From Psilocybe cubensis (lineage: Eukaryota): 64,000 nt of DNA. Position numbers and translations under genes: made by a program. This document shows positions 52,729 to 64,000 of the stretch, piece after piece. Below the pieces are notes generated by a model. It saw only the letters and a program-made list of their open reading frames with translations. It made no database searches and was not told the origin of the DNA. Location: positions 1,674,001-1,738,000 of the forward strand of contig CM039003.1 in the NCBI GenBank assembly GCA_017499595.2. Reading direction: 5' to 3'. Numbering within the stretch: position 1 is the first letter of the stretch; each line of letters begins with the position of its first letter.

Positions 52729-55409
52729 CTAAGTCTCAACTGACGGCCGCTCTGCCAGACTGACTACGCGGTTCCTCCTGTCAACCCCAGAAACTCCAAC
52801 TCCCTCACCCCCACCGGCATCCCCCGCCTGCCGAGCCGGCCCCGCCTTGCCCAGTCCCCCCACCGCCCATCCAACCTCCACCCCGCACTTGATACTCCAC
52901 AACCACGTCAGGAAAAACACAGGCGTGCTGATCAGCACATTCAGTACCGGGTATATATCTGGGTATCTCAAAGGTGGAGAGATCGTCAACTCCAATACAT
53001 GCAAAGCAATTGCTGCGCCGTACACAGCCTGGAGCACTCGTTAATTATACAACACTTTGCACCAAGGAGAGACGGCATACCAAAGAAAACAGTTGAATAA
53101 ACGATTTGGGGGGTATTCGTATAGGGTTATATCCAATCAGTCTATTCCACAACAACAACATAGCGAGATATTGGACTCCCAGTCCATCTCTTTTTAGCAG
53201 CGGCCACATGCTATTCCAAAACCAATCAGGCAAACACCCAACAGGGGAAGAGCATCACATACCTGAAGACAGCCACATTATTCACCAATGCACCCCATGA
53301 ATACACAGCAGAGTCGATAGGAGACCCAGACAGCAGAAGCGTGATCGGCATCAAGGGCAACAAGATCGTTTTTTCATGTACCTGGAACGAAAACAGGAAG
53401 AACGACATGGACGAAGTAAGAAGCGCATAGGGCAGCAGCGGTAGGAACGGCGTGGGTTCCTTGTTCTTCGTCAAAGATTGCATTTTGAACCCAGATCTAA
53501 TCAATCCCACCACCCCAGGCAAAAATCCAACAGCTGTAAGCAGCGTCGAGAGTTTGACAAGCGCACTTGCGGATGCCCATGCCTTCCACTTGAACACAAC
53601 ATTTGAAGCACACCAAAAGTTTGCCACCTTGTCCTCAAACAGACCACGCGCAAATGGGAAAATACGCTTTATGGGTTGAGCGATGGCGGTGAATGGTGCA
53701 AAGGGTGGTAGCCAAGGTAAGAAGAGAACTATGAAGGTACCAGCAGTCACAGCTGCCAGGCGCACGAACAGTCTAGACCTATTGAGATAGTTGGCTCAGC
53801 TGTAAAAGCCTCATGTTCAAACAAGCTTACCCTTCCGTAGGACCGAGATACAAACACTTTGCGATTAGATATGATCCAATTGCAGGGGCATAATACAAAG
53901 CCATTTGCTTGAACCCCAGACTGAGGACAAAGAAGAACGCGCCCAAAAGATCCTGACCAGTCGCGAAAAAGTTCATCGCAAGTAATGTAAAACCTTGACC
54001 ATTACGTCGTTAATCCAGAATCAAATGTCCAGGGAAAGGTGACATACCAAGCATGACGGCATTATACTGGAAATGGCCAAAGTCAATTAACAGCAGGGCA
54101 GGTTGTAGAATCAGTGTCAAGAGCGCAAGCTCCTACAGAAAATATTGAGCGATTCTGCTGCATCGCAAATGCAAGAGAAAAGCATACTTGGGTTCGTTTC
54201 GAGCGGCTTCCATGCCATATCCGACAGAACATCAACAAAGCCGGGAGATAAACCAGCGTATCTGTCACCAACACACTCATCCGCATAAACACTTTACTTT
54301 CCGCACTCTCGATCCCACGAGACTTGTCCAACGCCACCCATGCAGGGTTGATCCAGTGTGCACTTGAGAGATGAGAAAAGCCAGGTTAATGTTGAGAAAT
54401 GAATTACAGAAGGAGAACATACACAATCCCGCATATCCAGGAAACATAAGCGGTCAAGGGGGGATAGTCCAAGCCCCAGTACGGCAGATCGTAGGTATAC
54501 CACTGCTTCATCGGGAGATGGACCGTCAACTCCATCCAATGCCTCTGCGCCTCATAGTCGCCGTACATAGGCGGCGTACCCTGGCCTAACAAGAACAGCA
54601 AAGGATCGATTTAGCACAAACGCACGCATTTACACGTCTACACCCTCCCCCCAACAGAACAACGCAGTGCTAGGAAGGGAGCGACTTACCGGAATACGAC
54701 CCCAGACCAATGGCCAGCTTTACCAGCAGCGAGGTGGCGAGGACGGCAGGCACGACCCACGCTTTGAGTCCACGCTTGTGCATCCACCTGATCCACCGCC
54801 TGCCCATCGCGCGCTCGTCTGGCTCGTGGCCCTTGTGCGTGTGCGTGTGTGTGGAAGTGGTGCTGCCTACCGCCCTCCCACCAGGCGACACAGGCCCAGA
54901 CGCCCCGCCCGCCTTGATGTCATGCTCGAACAGCGCGCTGAAGCTGCGCCGGTGCGTCGACGCCGAGATGCGCCGCCGCACGCTGCTGTTATTCGTATTG
55001 TGTGCCGATGACGAGGCGCTCGGTGGGAATGGGAAGGGAAACGCGGTGGAGGTTGTGCTCTGCGGGGAGAGCGCGCGGGCGGAGGTGAGCGGGGACAGCG
55101 GGGGCGTGTTGAGCCAATGCTGGCTGGCGGAGCTCTCGAGGAGGTGGCGGCGGGGCGTCGGGGCGAGGATGGTAGGCACATCCGAGTGTGTTCTAGTTCG
55201 TAGATCAGCGTACAGTACAGTGTAGAGACAGTATATGGAGCGCACATATCAGGGCTTGTGTATGGGGGCCTGAAGGGCGACTCTGCGCGCGTCGTGGCGG
55301 GGCTTGGATTGGTGTAGGCGTAGCGGGGGTTGAGGGACGTCGTGCGTATCCTTGTCGAGCGCTTCCAAGAGCCCTCTGGGGGCAGCGCAGAGAGCTCGTC
55401 GGCGTCCAT
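52729..55409 (-). CDS. ALG6: Dol-P-Glc:Man9GlcNAc2-PP-Dol alpha-1,3-glucosyltransferase Alg6, with long low-complexity N-terminal extension
   Basis: [82 protein letters not shown]. Confidence 0.95.
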
Positions 55410-55529
55410 GGTTGTGTGCAGAGGCAAAGTCAAAGTCAAAGTCACTCACGCCTATTCACTCCGGCTCACGGCTACTATAGCCTTATACACACAACTTTAT
55501 ACGGCCTACTAAATACATGATACACCTTT

Positions 55530-56596
55530 CTACTCCTTGTCTACGCCTTCAATCACGCTCTCCCCGTCTTCGCTGAACTTGACGTTCGCCTGTATTCCCA
55601 GTTAATATAGTCAGGGGATCAGCAAGGAATGACGCACTTCATGCGAAGACGATTTGCCAACGTATTTCGTATGGTCTACAAGCGGAAATCACAATCCATC
55701 CACCCATAAATGACAGACATCAAGTCACTTACACCCATAAGCCACCAGCTCGCCCGCAGGATTCGTAAAGTCCACGCGCGTATACGCAAGCTGCTTGCCT
55801 AGTCAAATCCACATTTATATTAACGTCCAAGTCATCCGCAAGACATACGCACCGATACCAGTCAACACCGCTTTAGCATGCAGCACATCCCCGACTCTCC
55901 CGGCGGGCCGCACGAAGGACGTGCCAATGTCCGTCGAGACGCCCGTCATATAGTGCCCCTTACTCGCGACAGCCAGCGAGCCAAGCGTGTCGGTGAGTGA
56001 CAGCACCAGCCCGCCGTGCACTATGTACATTGCATCAACATCAATCGAAGGATTAAAAGGTGGGCAGGGGGCCGTTCAGCAAGGTTATTTCCGAGGAGGA
56101 GGGAGTTGTATGTACCTGTCTACAAACGATTCGCAGGTTAGAATTCCCGATACACTGGAAAGCAAAAACACGCACCCCGACTCTATTCACTGGGTAGAAA
56201 AGAAAGTTGGTTTTTGCAGTGTTAAATAAGTTGCGTGTTGAAGAAAAGCGACGTACGATTGTACTGCTCAACTTTCAACGACACCTCGACTTCACCAGGC
56301 ACCGCCCTATGAATCTGCAGCTATAACACGCTATATATCAACTACTATCCCTCGATAATAGCAGAGGTAAACACCAAGCACATTAGGAAAGCACTGCGCA
56401 TCATGACCTAGATAACATGGGTGAAATCAGAAATCAACACCTAGAAATGCAAAGTCGCGTCGAGACATTACCCTTATTCTCAACGAATGATTTCCAGACC
56501 TAGCAAAGAGTCCAATTATCTAAATAACACGAATAACGCGAAGAACCGAGTCGGTTTGATGCTCACCCTCCGCGTAAATCTCAAGCACGCCGCCAT
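55530..56596 (-). CDS. Hotdog-fold acyl-CoA thioesterase (PaaI/ACOT13-like)
   Basis: Spliced NLNRVGTVHGGLVLSLTDTLGSLAV, GVSTDIGTSFVRPA, LVAYG-HTKY. Many tiny exons. Confidence 0.88.
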
Positions 56597-57824
56597 AGTC
56601 GAGGAAATCAGTAAAAGAAAGAAGATCAAGGGAACCCACACCGGCTATGCTATGTAGTTATACTTATGACTGCTCGCTGACATCATTTCCCAACAGATTT
56701 ATTCACAGATATATCCTTCAGATCGAAATTGCGCAGATTTTATTGTAACTCGATTTAAAGTACACATACACCGACACCTGCATTACGGTATACCATTTTA
56801 AAAAACTTGAGAGAGAGAAACATTGTTTAAACTATAGTACACAAACGACAGCAACTGCACAAAATGCACAGCATGGAGGGAAAAAAAAAGGAAGACAAAA
56901 GCAGCTTTAAAGTATTAAGAGTACATACAAGTACACGGTTTCCCCATAAAAACCAAGTGCAAAAAGGAAGGAAAAATGAAAAGTTATCCAGAGTATGAAT
57001 ACGAATGACATCGTTGTTGGGTGGTCGTGAGGGCGGAGGTGCCGGAGACGGTAGCCAAGCACAGAGGGGACATTTGAAATTGACCGAGGGCAAAAAAGAG
57101 GCCTTGCCAGTCGACAGATTGAATTGTAGACCAGCGAGAATTTGGTGGCGTGGCTACAAGCCTACGACGAAAGAGGGTGGTTGCATGTCAAGCATGAAAA
57201 AGGTTCCCAAGTGCGTAGATAACCAGCGGCAAGACAACCAACCCTCAGCAGCCCCCGAAAAAAGACGACAGGAAAGAGTTGAGAGACAAGATAGTTCTCC
57301 TGAGATGACCAAGTGACACCCATAAATGCCTCGTGAAATCCAATTTGCCAGCAGAGCATGCACATCATGAACCGCCATGCATATAATACAGTGGCGTCGC
57401 TTATCCGACCATCCGCCGCTCTGCCTAAAAAAGAAAACAAGGGCGGGTGCGGATTGAGGTTTGAATTGCCCACTACATAGCCGCCCGTACTGCACAAAGA
57501 CACACTAGCCCGCCAAACCCAAGCGCATAACGTACGGGATGCATTATATTTCAAATCACCGCATTACGTGGCTAGAACACCGACGGGTTTCCAACTCAAT
57601 TAACCAGAGCCGTAATAGTTGTGCGGTGTGGTGAAAAAATACAATAGCAGAGAATAGCTCGTCAAACGGGGGGATAAAAATAGGCCTATCAAGTAGGGGT
57701 GATTGAAGGGGTGGGGGTGTGTGGCGCGAAAAAGCAGTGTTGGATGCGTCGTCGATGTTCGTATTTCGTAGGTTTCATGAATTGTAAAGTACACAGGGGT
57801 ATCAAGAAAAATATGGCGGTGCCC

Positions 57825-58825
57825 TCAGAGCTCTTCTTCTGGCACGATTGGCATTTGTGGTTTTTGCTGTGATGTATTATTGGTGTCGGTAGTTTTTTGG
57901 GACTTTGGCTGGCGGTAGTTGACTCTGGTGACACCGAAGACGAGGTTTGGCAGCGGGGCATCTTCATCATCGTCTTCGTCTTCTGTTTCAATGTCATTTG
58001 TGATGGGATCCAAAGCCTTGCCCTTTTTGATTGAGCGATTCTGACAGGGCATGGCAATGAGGACGGAGACTTGAAGCATTTCGACGCGGACTTTGTAAGT
58101 TATAGCTGGATTAGGTATATCGGTAGTGGTGGCGATGGCCTCGGCATCGACGAGGGCCTCTGTGTCGTCTGTCTCCTGAGATACAGGATATGTGGGGCGG
58201 GTACGAGAAAAGAAACGACGGATGGCAGTTGGTCGGGGAGCAGGGGGTTGGACTATAGTAGGTGGCTGCTGGGGCGCACCCGATATGACGACGCCATCCT
58301 TGGGGACGCGACCGTCTCTGTACCTACGCTTGACAAAGACGGGCTGAGCTGAGATGGGCTGTGGGGAAATAGTGAGCACAGATATGAGCGATGGAATGGA
58401 TAAGAGGGACCTTGATGTGATCCCAGGTGACACCTCCATCGGCGAGCCACGTATCAAAGAGCCTGGGTTTTGCGCCAAAACGCTTGCGCTTTGAACCCTG
58501 AGTGCGTGGGGCGAGGAAGCGACCTGCAGCAAGCTGGTCATCCTGTTCTCGCTGGAAACGACGACGAAGAACGTAGGAGCGCATGACAATGGCGCATGAT
58601 ACGAAAAGGAGGAGAAAAAGGGTGGCGAGAAAGGTGACACTGTGTAAGGGGTCAGTAGGTAGACATTGAGAAGAACAACAAGACATACAGATAGAGATTG
58701 CTGGAAGTAGTGGGATTCCGCTGGTCAGACTGCTCTGAGGAGGCGGTGGGGGAAGGCTCGGCGGATGAGGACATGGGGGATGAAAAAAGAGTGATGGGAA
58801 TAACGGGGGCAGTTGGATCAATCAT
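57825..58825 (-). CDS. Uncharacterized single-pass membrane protein
   Basis: Ser/Thr/Pro-rich N-terminus, TM LYLVTFLATLFLLLFVSCAIVM followed by RRR, C-terminal LQVSVLIAMP...LVFGV motif. The start could instead be the Met at 58774. Confidence 0.7.
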
Positions 58826-58883
58826 GGGACATATAAGAGCGCTAAGCCGAGATGGATTTCTTACCGTCCCTTCCTTGCCCCCG

Positions 58884-60303
58884 ATGGCCACCATCCAGCT
58901 CCCCAACGAGCTCAACCTCTCCCCACATCTGAGCGCCCACAAGTACTTTCTTGTGTGCACTCTCACCGTCGCCGCCTGGGACTCTCTCGTTCTCTCCCCC
59001 CGTACCTGGCGTCTCTGGAAGACTCCCGGATGGCCGACGCTCAAGATTCTCTTCCACTTTCTGCGTATTTGGATGCCCGTAGAGTTCATCATCGTCTGTG
59101 AGTGTCTGCTTTGGTTGCTGCTGGACGGTCAGGTGCTCACTCGCTCGATCAGCCGTCGCCTTTTTCGACACAAAGTGGCCTGTCTCGGTATGCACGCTTT
59201 TTTATCTACCATTCACCCACACTCACAACTCGTCTAGTCTTGCGAAAAGTTTTATCTCTTTGAGCCCATCGCCACCGCCGTTCTCCTCGCTGCCAACTCT
59301 GGTATTTTTCTTCTCTTTTCTCTTTTACCTCTTTTTACTCACCCCCTCACCAACAGCCGTCCATGTCATCCGAATCCACGCCATCTACGACAAGAATCGC
59401 ATGGTCCTCATCCTTATGGGTGTTCTCTTCTTCATCCAGGTTGTCGTGACAGCAATCGCTTGTGGTTTCTATCGATGTCCGTATCGTTTGCAATTTTTTT
59501 TTACTACCCCTTTTTCGCTCACACCACCCCATCCAGCCGTGCCTCTTCTCGAGGGTCAGGGTTGCATTGCTGGCCCCAAACACAACTGGGTCGGTATTTA
59601 CTGGGTCGGCCCCACCCTCCTTTACACTGTTTCCGTACGTCTTTCCCTTTGCTATCCGTTTCAATTTCTCATCTTTTGCAAAATAGCTCGCTTTGGCTCT
59701 CATGCGCTCAATCAACTCTCTCAAACAGCGCCCCCTCGGCGCCTGGAAGCTCATGCTCCGTGATGGTCTTAACCTCTACGGCGTAAGCTCAATCTTCCAT
59801 TCCATCTCTCTCAAATCCTCATCTTTTTCTCTCAGGCTATCTGGATCGTCAACATGGCAAACGTTCTTTTCTGGTTCATCATCACCCCCGACGACGAGGC
59901 TGACCCCATCAAAACCATCGTCACATCCATGGCCGCCGTCCTTACCACTTCCATGACCCTCCGTATCATCCTTTCCGTCCGCGGAACCCTCGACCACGGA
60001 GGCTCCTTCGCCCTCTCCGCATCAACCGGCGCCACCTCTTCTCGCACCACCCATGTCATCTCTGGCAGGTCCGGCAACAACGCCACCCACATCAGCACCC
60101 ACACCCCGCACACCTACACCCTCGACGACCTCCGCTCCAAGCCCGAGGGCGACTGGCCCAGCGCAGACGGCGATACCAAGAGCAGCGTCCACGAGGACGC
60201 CGTCAAGGGCCTCGCCCGCTCCGACTCCCACAACGCCGGTGTCAAGATCACCATCGACAGGGAGATTGGCTATGACGAGAATGGCGAGCGCTACAGAAAA
60301 TAA
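58884..60303 (+). CDS. DUF6533-type multi-pass (about 7 TM) membrane protein
   Basis: N-terminal KYFLVCTLTVAAWDSLVLSPRTWRLWK...LKILFHFLR, then VIRIHAIY, LMLRDGLNLY, TLRIILSVR. Pattern typical of agaricomycete 7TM-like proteins. Confidence 0.75.
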
Positions 60304-63300
60304 ACTGCCACTTGTTGGTTACCTTGCCTTAGGGGGCCGGGTGGATGGGTGGATGGACAGAATTGGGCAAACCCCCGTTGCGTTTCTCGGGTTTCCGAAC
60401 AATCATCAGCATCGATCGTGGGGGTCGTTTCTTTTTTTCCAAGCTGTTGCATGATGTAGGAGAAGTATCTATTATTACATTTGACCATCGTTTTTGATTT
60501 CATCTATGTAAATACCGTTTGTTGTTCGTACATTCTTTGGGCTTTGATACATAAACATTCCTATTGATAACAGCTAATTCTCAGCCAATTCTCATTTGCT
60601 ACCTCGGTCTCTGCTCAACTCAGAGCTAGGACGAATTTAGACTCACGGTGCACTGGTTTCATCAAAAAAGTTCAAATGATACCTGTATCGAGAAACGAAG
60701 CAACTTCTTCTGATCCCAACGCTAGTCCTCACTGAGAATATCCTGGTTATATCAGGCCCGGTGCATCCAAAAGAGCACCGTGAGTGATTGTTTCATCAGA
60801 TACGTATGGACTATGCCACCAAGGAAAAATCCTATTTTAATGGCGATCCAGTCCATCCAGAGGTATTATTATAAGGCATCCTGTCATCTCACTTGATGGA
60901 GGGTTGCCGTTTCATGCCCGTTGCGGCCATTGGGCTTACACCAATCTCACCCTTACCCTTGTGACCTCACCTTGTACGTTTTTAAACTTGCACTGCAGTA
61001 CCACGCTCACGGGGAGTATCAGGGAAGCACCATCTTCAAACTCTGGAGTCTGGCATGTATGATGTATGATGCATGCACGATACACCGCATCCGTGTTGCA
61101 TATCCCATAACACACTCCTAACAATGATAACAGCAAGCTGCACATTGCTCACAGACGGGGACAGCGATAATGATAGTGATAATGATATCCATCATTCGAC
61201 TCCCCGACCGGGCGGTGGCGTCCCGCACACATCTCTCGGCGCTCAGGCGAACCTGCATGTAAAGCTTCGGTGCCTCCAGCTCTCCGAAGATACATAAGAA
61301 GCAAAAGCGTCTTCTTTTCCCTCCGCCGCCGTACAGCTATGCACACCGAAAAGCGAGCGTACCGTACGCCGACTCGTTCTACTCATAGTCACACTCAGGA
61401 GTCGGTACGTTTAATTGCTGAGATAGAGTAATCTGGTACCTGTCAGTAATTTCCTTTCACCTCGTTTGAACCTATTTCCCTTTTAAATTGTTTTTATTTA
61501 ATATACCGGAAGGGAAGGGATGAAATGAAATAGGTCACTCATCTAATCTACCTTAGTAATTATATTCAAAATCTCCAAGCTCCCGGAGATTTCTGGATAG
61601 CTTGTGGCCCTGTGAGCAGCATGAGAAGGGAACACAAACTGCTATCCGCAAAAAACCACAAAAACCCCTGTACACCACCTCACTTTTTTTTAAAAAAAAG
61701 AAAACACCAAAGCACCCTTTCCATCCCTATCTCTTCCAAATTCCGTCTCGCACCATTGTTGCACCTACACCTAATAACCGCTACAGACACCGACAAACAT
61801 ATCCCAAAACCGCAAAATGTTACCATATAAGGGTGTTCGTGGCGCAAACCCGGAAAATTGCAAAATCATCAATCAACAACTCATATCTTCCTTTTGGAAG
61901 TCTGGAAAGCCAGGCATTTATTGCACATGGCTGAAGATGGGTTAAGCACAGCTGAGCGCCAAGAGGCTTTTCGGGCCAAGGGACGGGACGGAACGCGGGT
62001 CCTGAAACACGATCGGCGAGGCGGAAGGATGGGATGCCTTTATCGGCCTGTTAAAGCCTGTTAATTGCTTGTTCAATGGATCATAAATGGCCCTGTTCAG
62101 TAGCGACCTCCCGGATGTGGTCTACCTAGTAATTATGTGAGTGGAAGATGCCTTTGCGCTGAATAAATAATTGCATGGCTCAGCACACAAAAATAGAGAC
62201 TGTGTATGCTTTCGATAAGAATATTGGCGGACTGGACGAAAGTGAATGGGAGATGGAATGCACCTGCTGGGAATATTGCCAGCTGGCAATGGACGGTATC
62301 AATACAGGGAATTGGCGAACATGAACATTATTATTGGTGGACAAACCAGGTCGCTGGGAAAGCATAGACACTGAAAACTAATAGGTCGATACGCCGCGGG
62401 ATACAGCATCCAGGTAAATGCTTCGACAACTAGAAGGTGTCGAAATAAGAATAAGAAATCAGCCAGAAGGCCAGTAGAAGGCCTGCAGGCCCAATCGGAC
62501 TGGATTGGTTAAATGGAGCTGCACTCACTCCTTCAAAGTCTGAACAGTTAAAAGAGTCAAACTTTTCGACCACTTGGTTGAAAGGATTTATCGGCGAAAT
62601 CGAAGAGTCGGCACCGTAAACTAACTTGGAAAGAAAGCGCTCTGCTACATAAGTGAATAAACCTAATCAGACCTAATCTCGTTACGAGTTAACGCTAAGT
62701 ATAAACAACCGCCACCCATCTCTTTGAATATATATTGCAGTCCACGTACTTGTCGGATATAACTTGACATTCATCTGAGGAAGTAGAAGTATTTTGCGCT
62801 TTCCCAATAAATCGCTGAATGGGCTGGGCCTAGATCGATTACAAGTCATATGAGCATGTTTTCGCTACAAAGGCAGAGAAATGAGGGAAGGATGCGACGC
62901 TGTGCAGGGATCAGAGGCTGGTCGGATGAAGCTGCATCCATTTCAACAGAACTTATCTTGTGGGAAAGATCTTGACCCAGCCTACACCAAACTGCTCGCA
63001 AAATGTCCTTTTCGTCGCGCCTTTAGGTATTCATTTTGGCCGTCTGACTGTATTTTTATCAGATCCTGTTAAGAGTCAATGCAAAAGCCGGACTTCCATT
63101 AGAATATTGAATGTTCCCTGTGAATCATACACTTGTCCAACTCCGACATTCCGGTCATAGTTCTTGAATTGCGGTTCGTAGACTAAAGTAACGGCGTAGC
63201 GAGCAAATGGAAATGTTTCTGTTGCGATTAAGAGTGAGTGCATCTTCAGTCATCAGATCAAAAGTCGGTACGCGACTGGAGTCAGGTTACGCAATAGTTA

Positions 63301-63409
63301 ACACGATGTTCAATAGTTGCTGGAGGTTTGTGCAAACCGGAAATGAAGGATACGAGCGAAAGAAAAGTATTCCATAATCTCAGTCGATGGGTTAGGGATG
63401 ATAGGGGTT

Positions 63410-63970
63410 TAGAAAGTTTTGTATTTATCGGCTTCCATAGATCCATCCGCCGGAATCAGGTTCGAGAATCAAAGAACGATGTTTCGGCACGTGGAGATCG
63501 CAAGAAGAGACCCAATCGAAATTCGTCGTTATGCGTCTGCAAGAACGTGGCTAAAATTCGATTTTAAACAATTCGCTCCCCAGATGGCGACGGCCAGTTT
63601 TACAGTGAATGAACATATGCTCATGAACGCTTGTACCTACCATGTGACTGGGGGAAGGCATATGAGAAACGGGTATTGCTGCGTATCGAGTATCGGTAGA
63701 GAGATCATACGTATACAATGCGGTGTCGTAAAGCTTCTTCTTTTGACGCATGAAGTTTTCAGGGTGTTGACAATTGAATTCTCCAAGCGCAGGTGTGACC
63801 AAGTAATCTAGACATCCCTCGTCGGTGATCAATCCTCTGGAAACCAAGTTGGCTCATAAAATAATCCCAAAGCAGTCTAACGTCGACCTTCGGTCGAGCA
63901 TATATTAAGCGTAAGGTAGTATATGAACCTTGCAGAGTGGGGGCTGGGTAGATGCGAAAGGTTATCAACG
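63410..63970 (-). pseudogene. Possible degraded 3' part of an F-box/LRR-like gene
   Basis: Peptides CLDYLVTPALGEF and EF*PRS...TNFDW resemble C-terminal LRR-like segments of agaricomycete F-box proteins. Interrupted by an in-frame TAG at 63551-63553 and frame changes. Confidence 0.3.
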
Positions 63971-64000
63971 ATTTTGTGCGCTCATAGCCTCTGTCAGGAT

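Noticed and set aside
48332-55225. Long antisense or alternative-frame ORFs over the NDK-like, TAM41 and ALG6 genes
   Set aside because: These are shadows of GC-rich coding sequence and their translations are low-complexity.
5159-56596. Enrichment of mitochondrial genes (NDUFS4, NDUFAF6, SDH6, MRPL4, TAM41)
   Set aside because: They are scattered over 50 kb among unrelated genes, and I cannot show enrichment beyond chance without genome-wide statistics.
61358-61410. Imperfect inverted repeat (CCGACTC...GAGTCGG) as ncRNA or MITE end
   Set aside because: The stem is short, with no tRNA/snoRNA boxes, target-site duplication or second copy.

Overview
Intron-rich fungal genomic DNA, most likely an agaricomycete basidiomycete (introns mostly ~50-70 nt, GT-AG, frequent micro-exons). 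The ORF track therefore shows only exon fragments, and I assembled gene spans by eye. About 22 protein-coding genes are present. Housekeeping genes: Rictor/Avo3 (runs off the left edge), NDUFS4, an OSCA/TMEM63 channel, VMA6, an MFS permease, NDUFAF6, SDH6, MRPL4, RAD50, a SET-MYND protein, derlin, TAM41, ALG6 and a hotdog thioesterase. There is also a tandem GH71 alpha-1,3-glucanase pair. I recognised no rRNA, tRNA, CRISPR array or intact transposon. Five observations stand out. (1) A DUF4436-like membrane protein carries motifs resembling pentameric ligand-gated (Pro-loop) ion channels, with a permuted TM layout. (2) An NRPS-like adenylation domain without a thiolation domain is fused to a ferric-reductase/FAD/NAD(P)H module. 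(3) An NDK-like protein lacks its catalytic His and has putative microtubule-binding repeats. (4) Three co-oriented genes are separated by only ~90-120 bp. (5) A head-to-head gene pair has almost no intergenic space. All family calls come from motif recognition; no database search was run.
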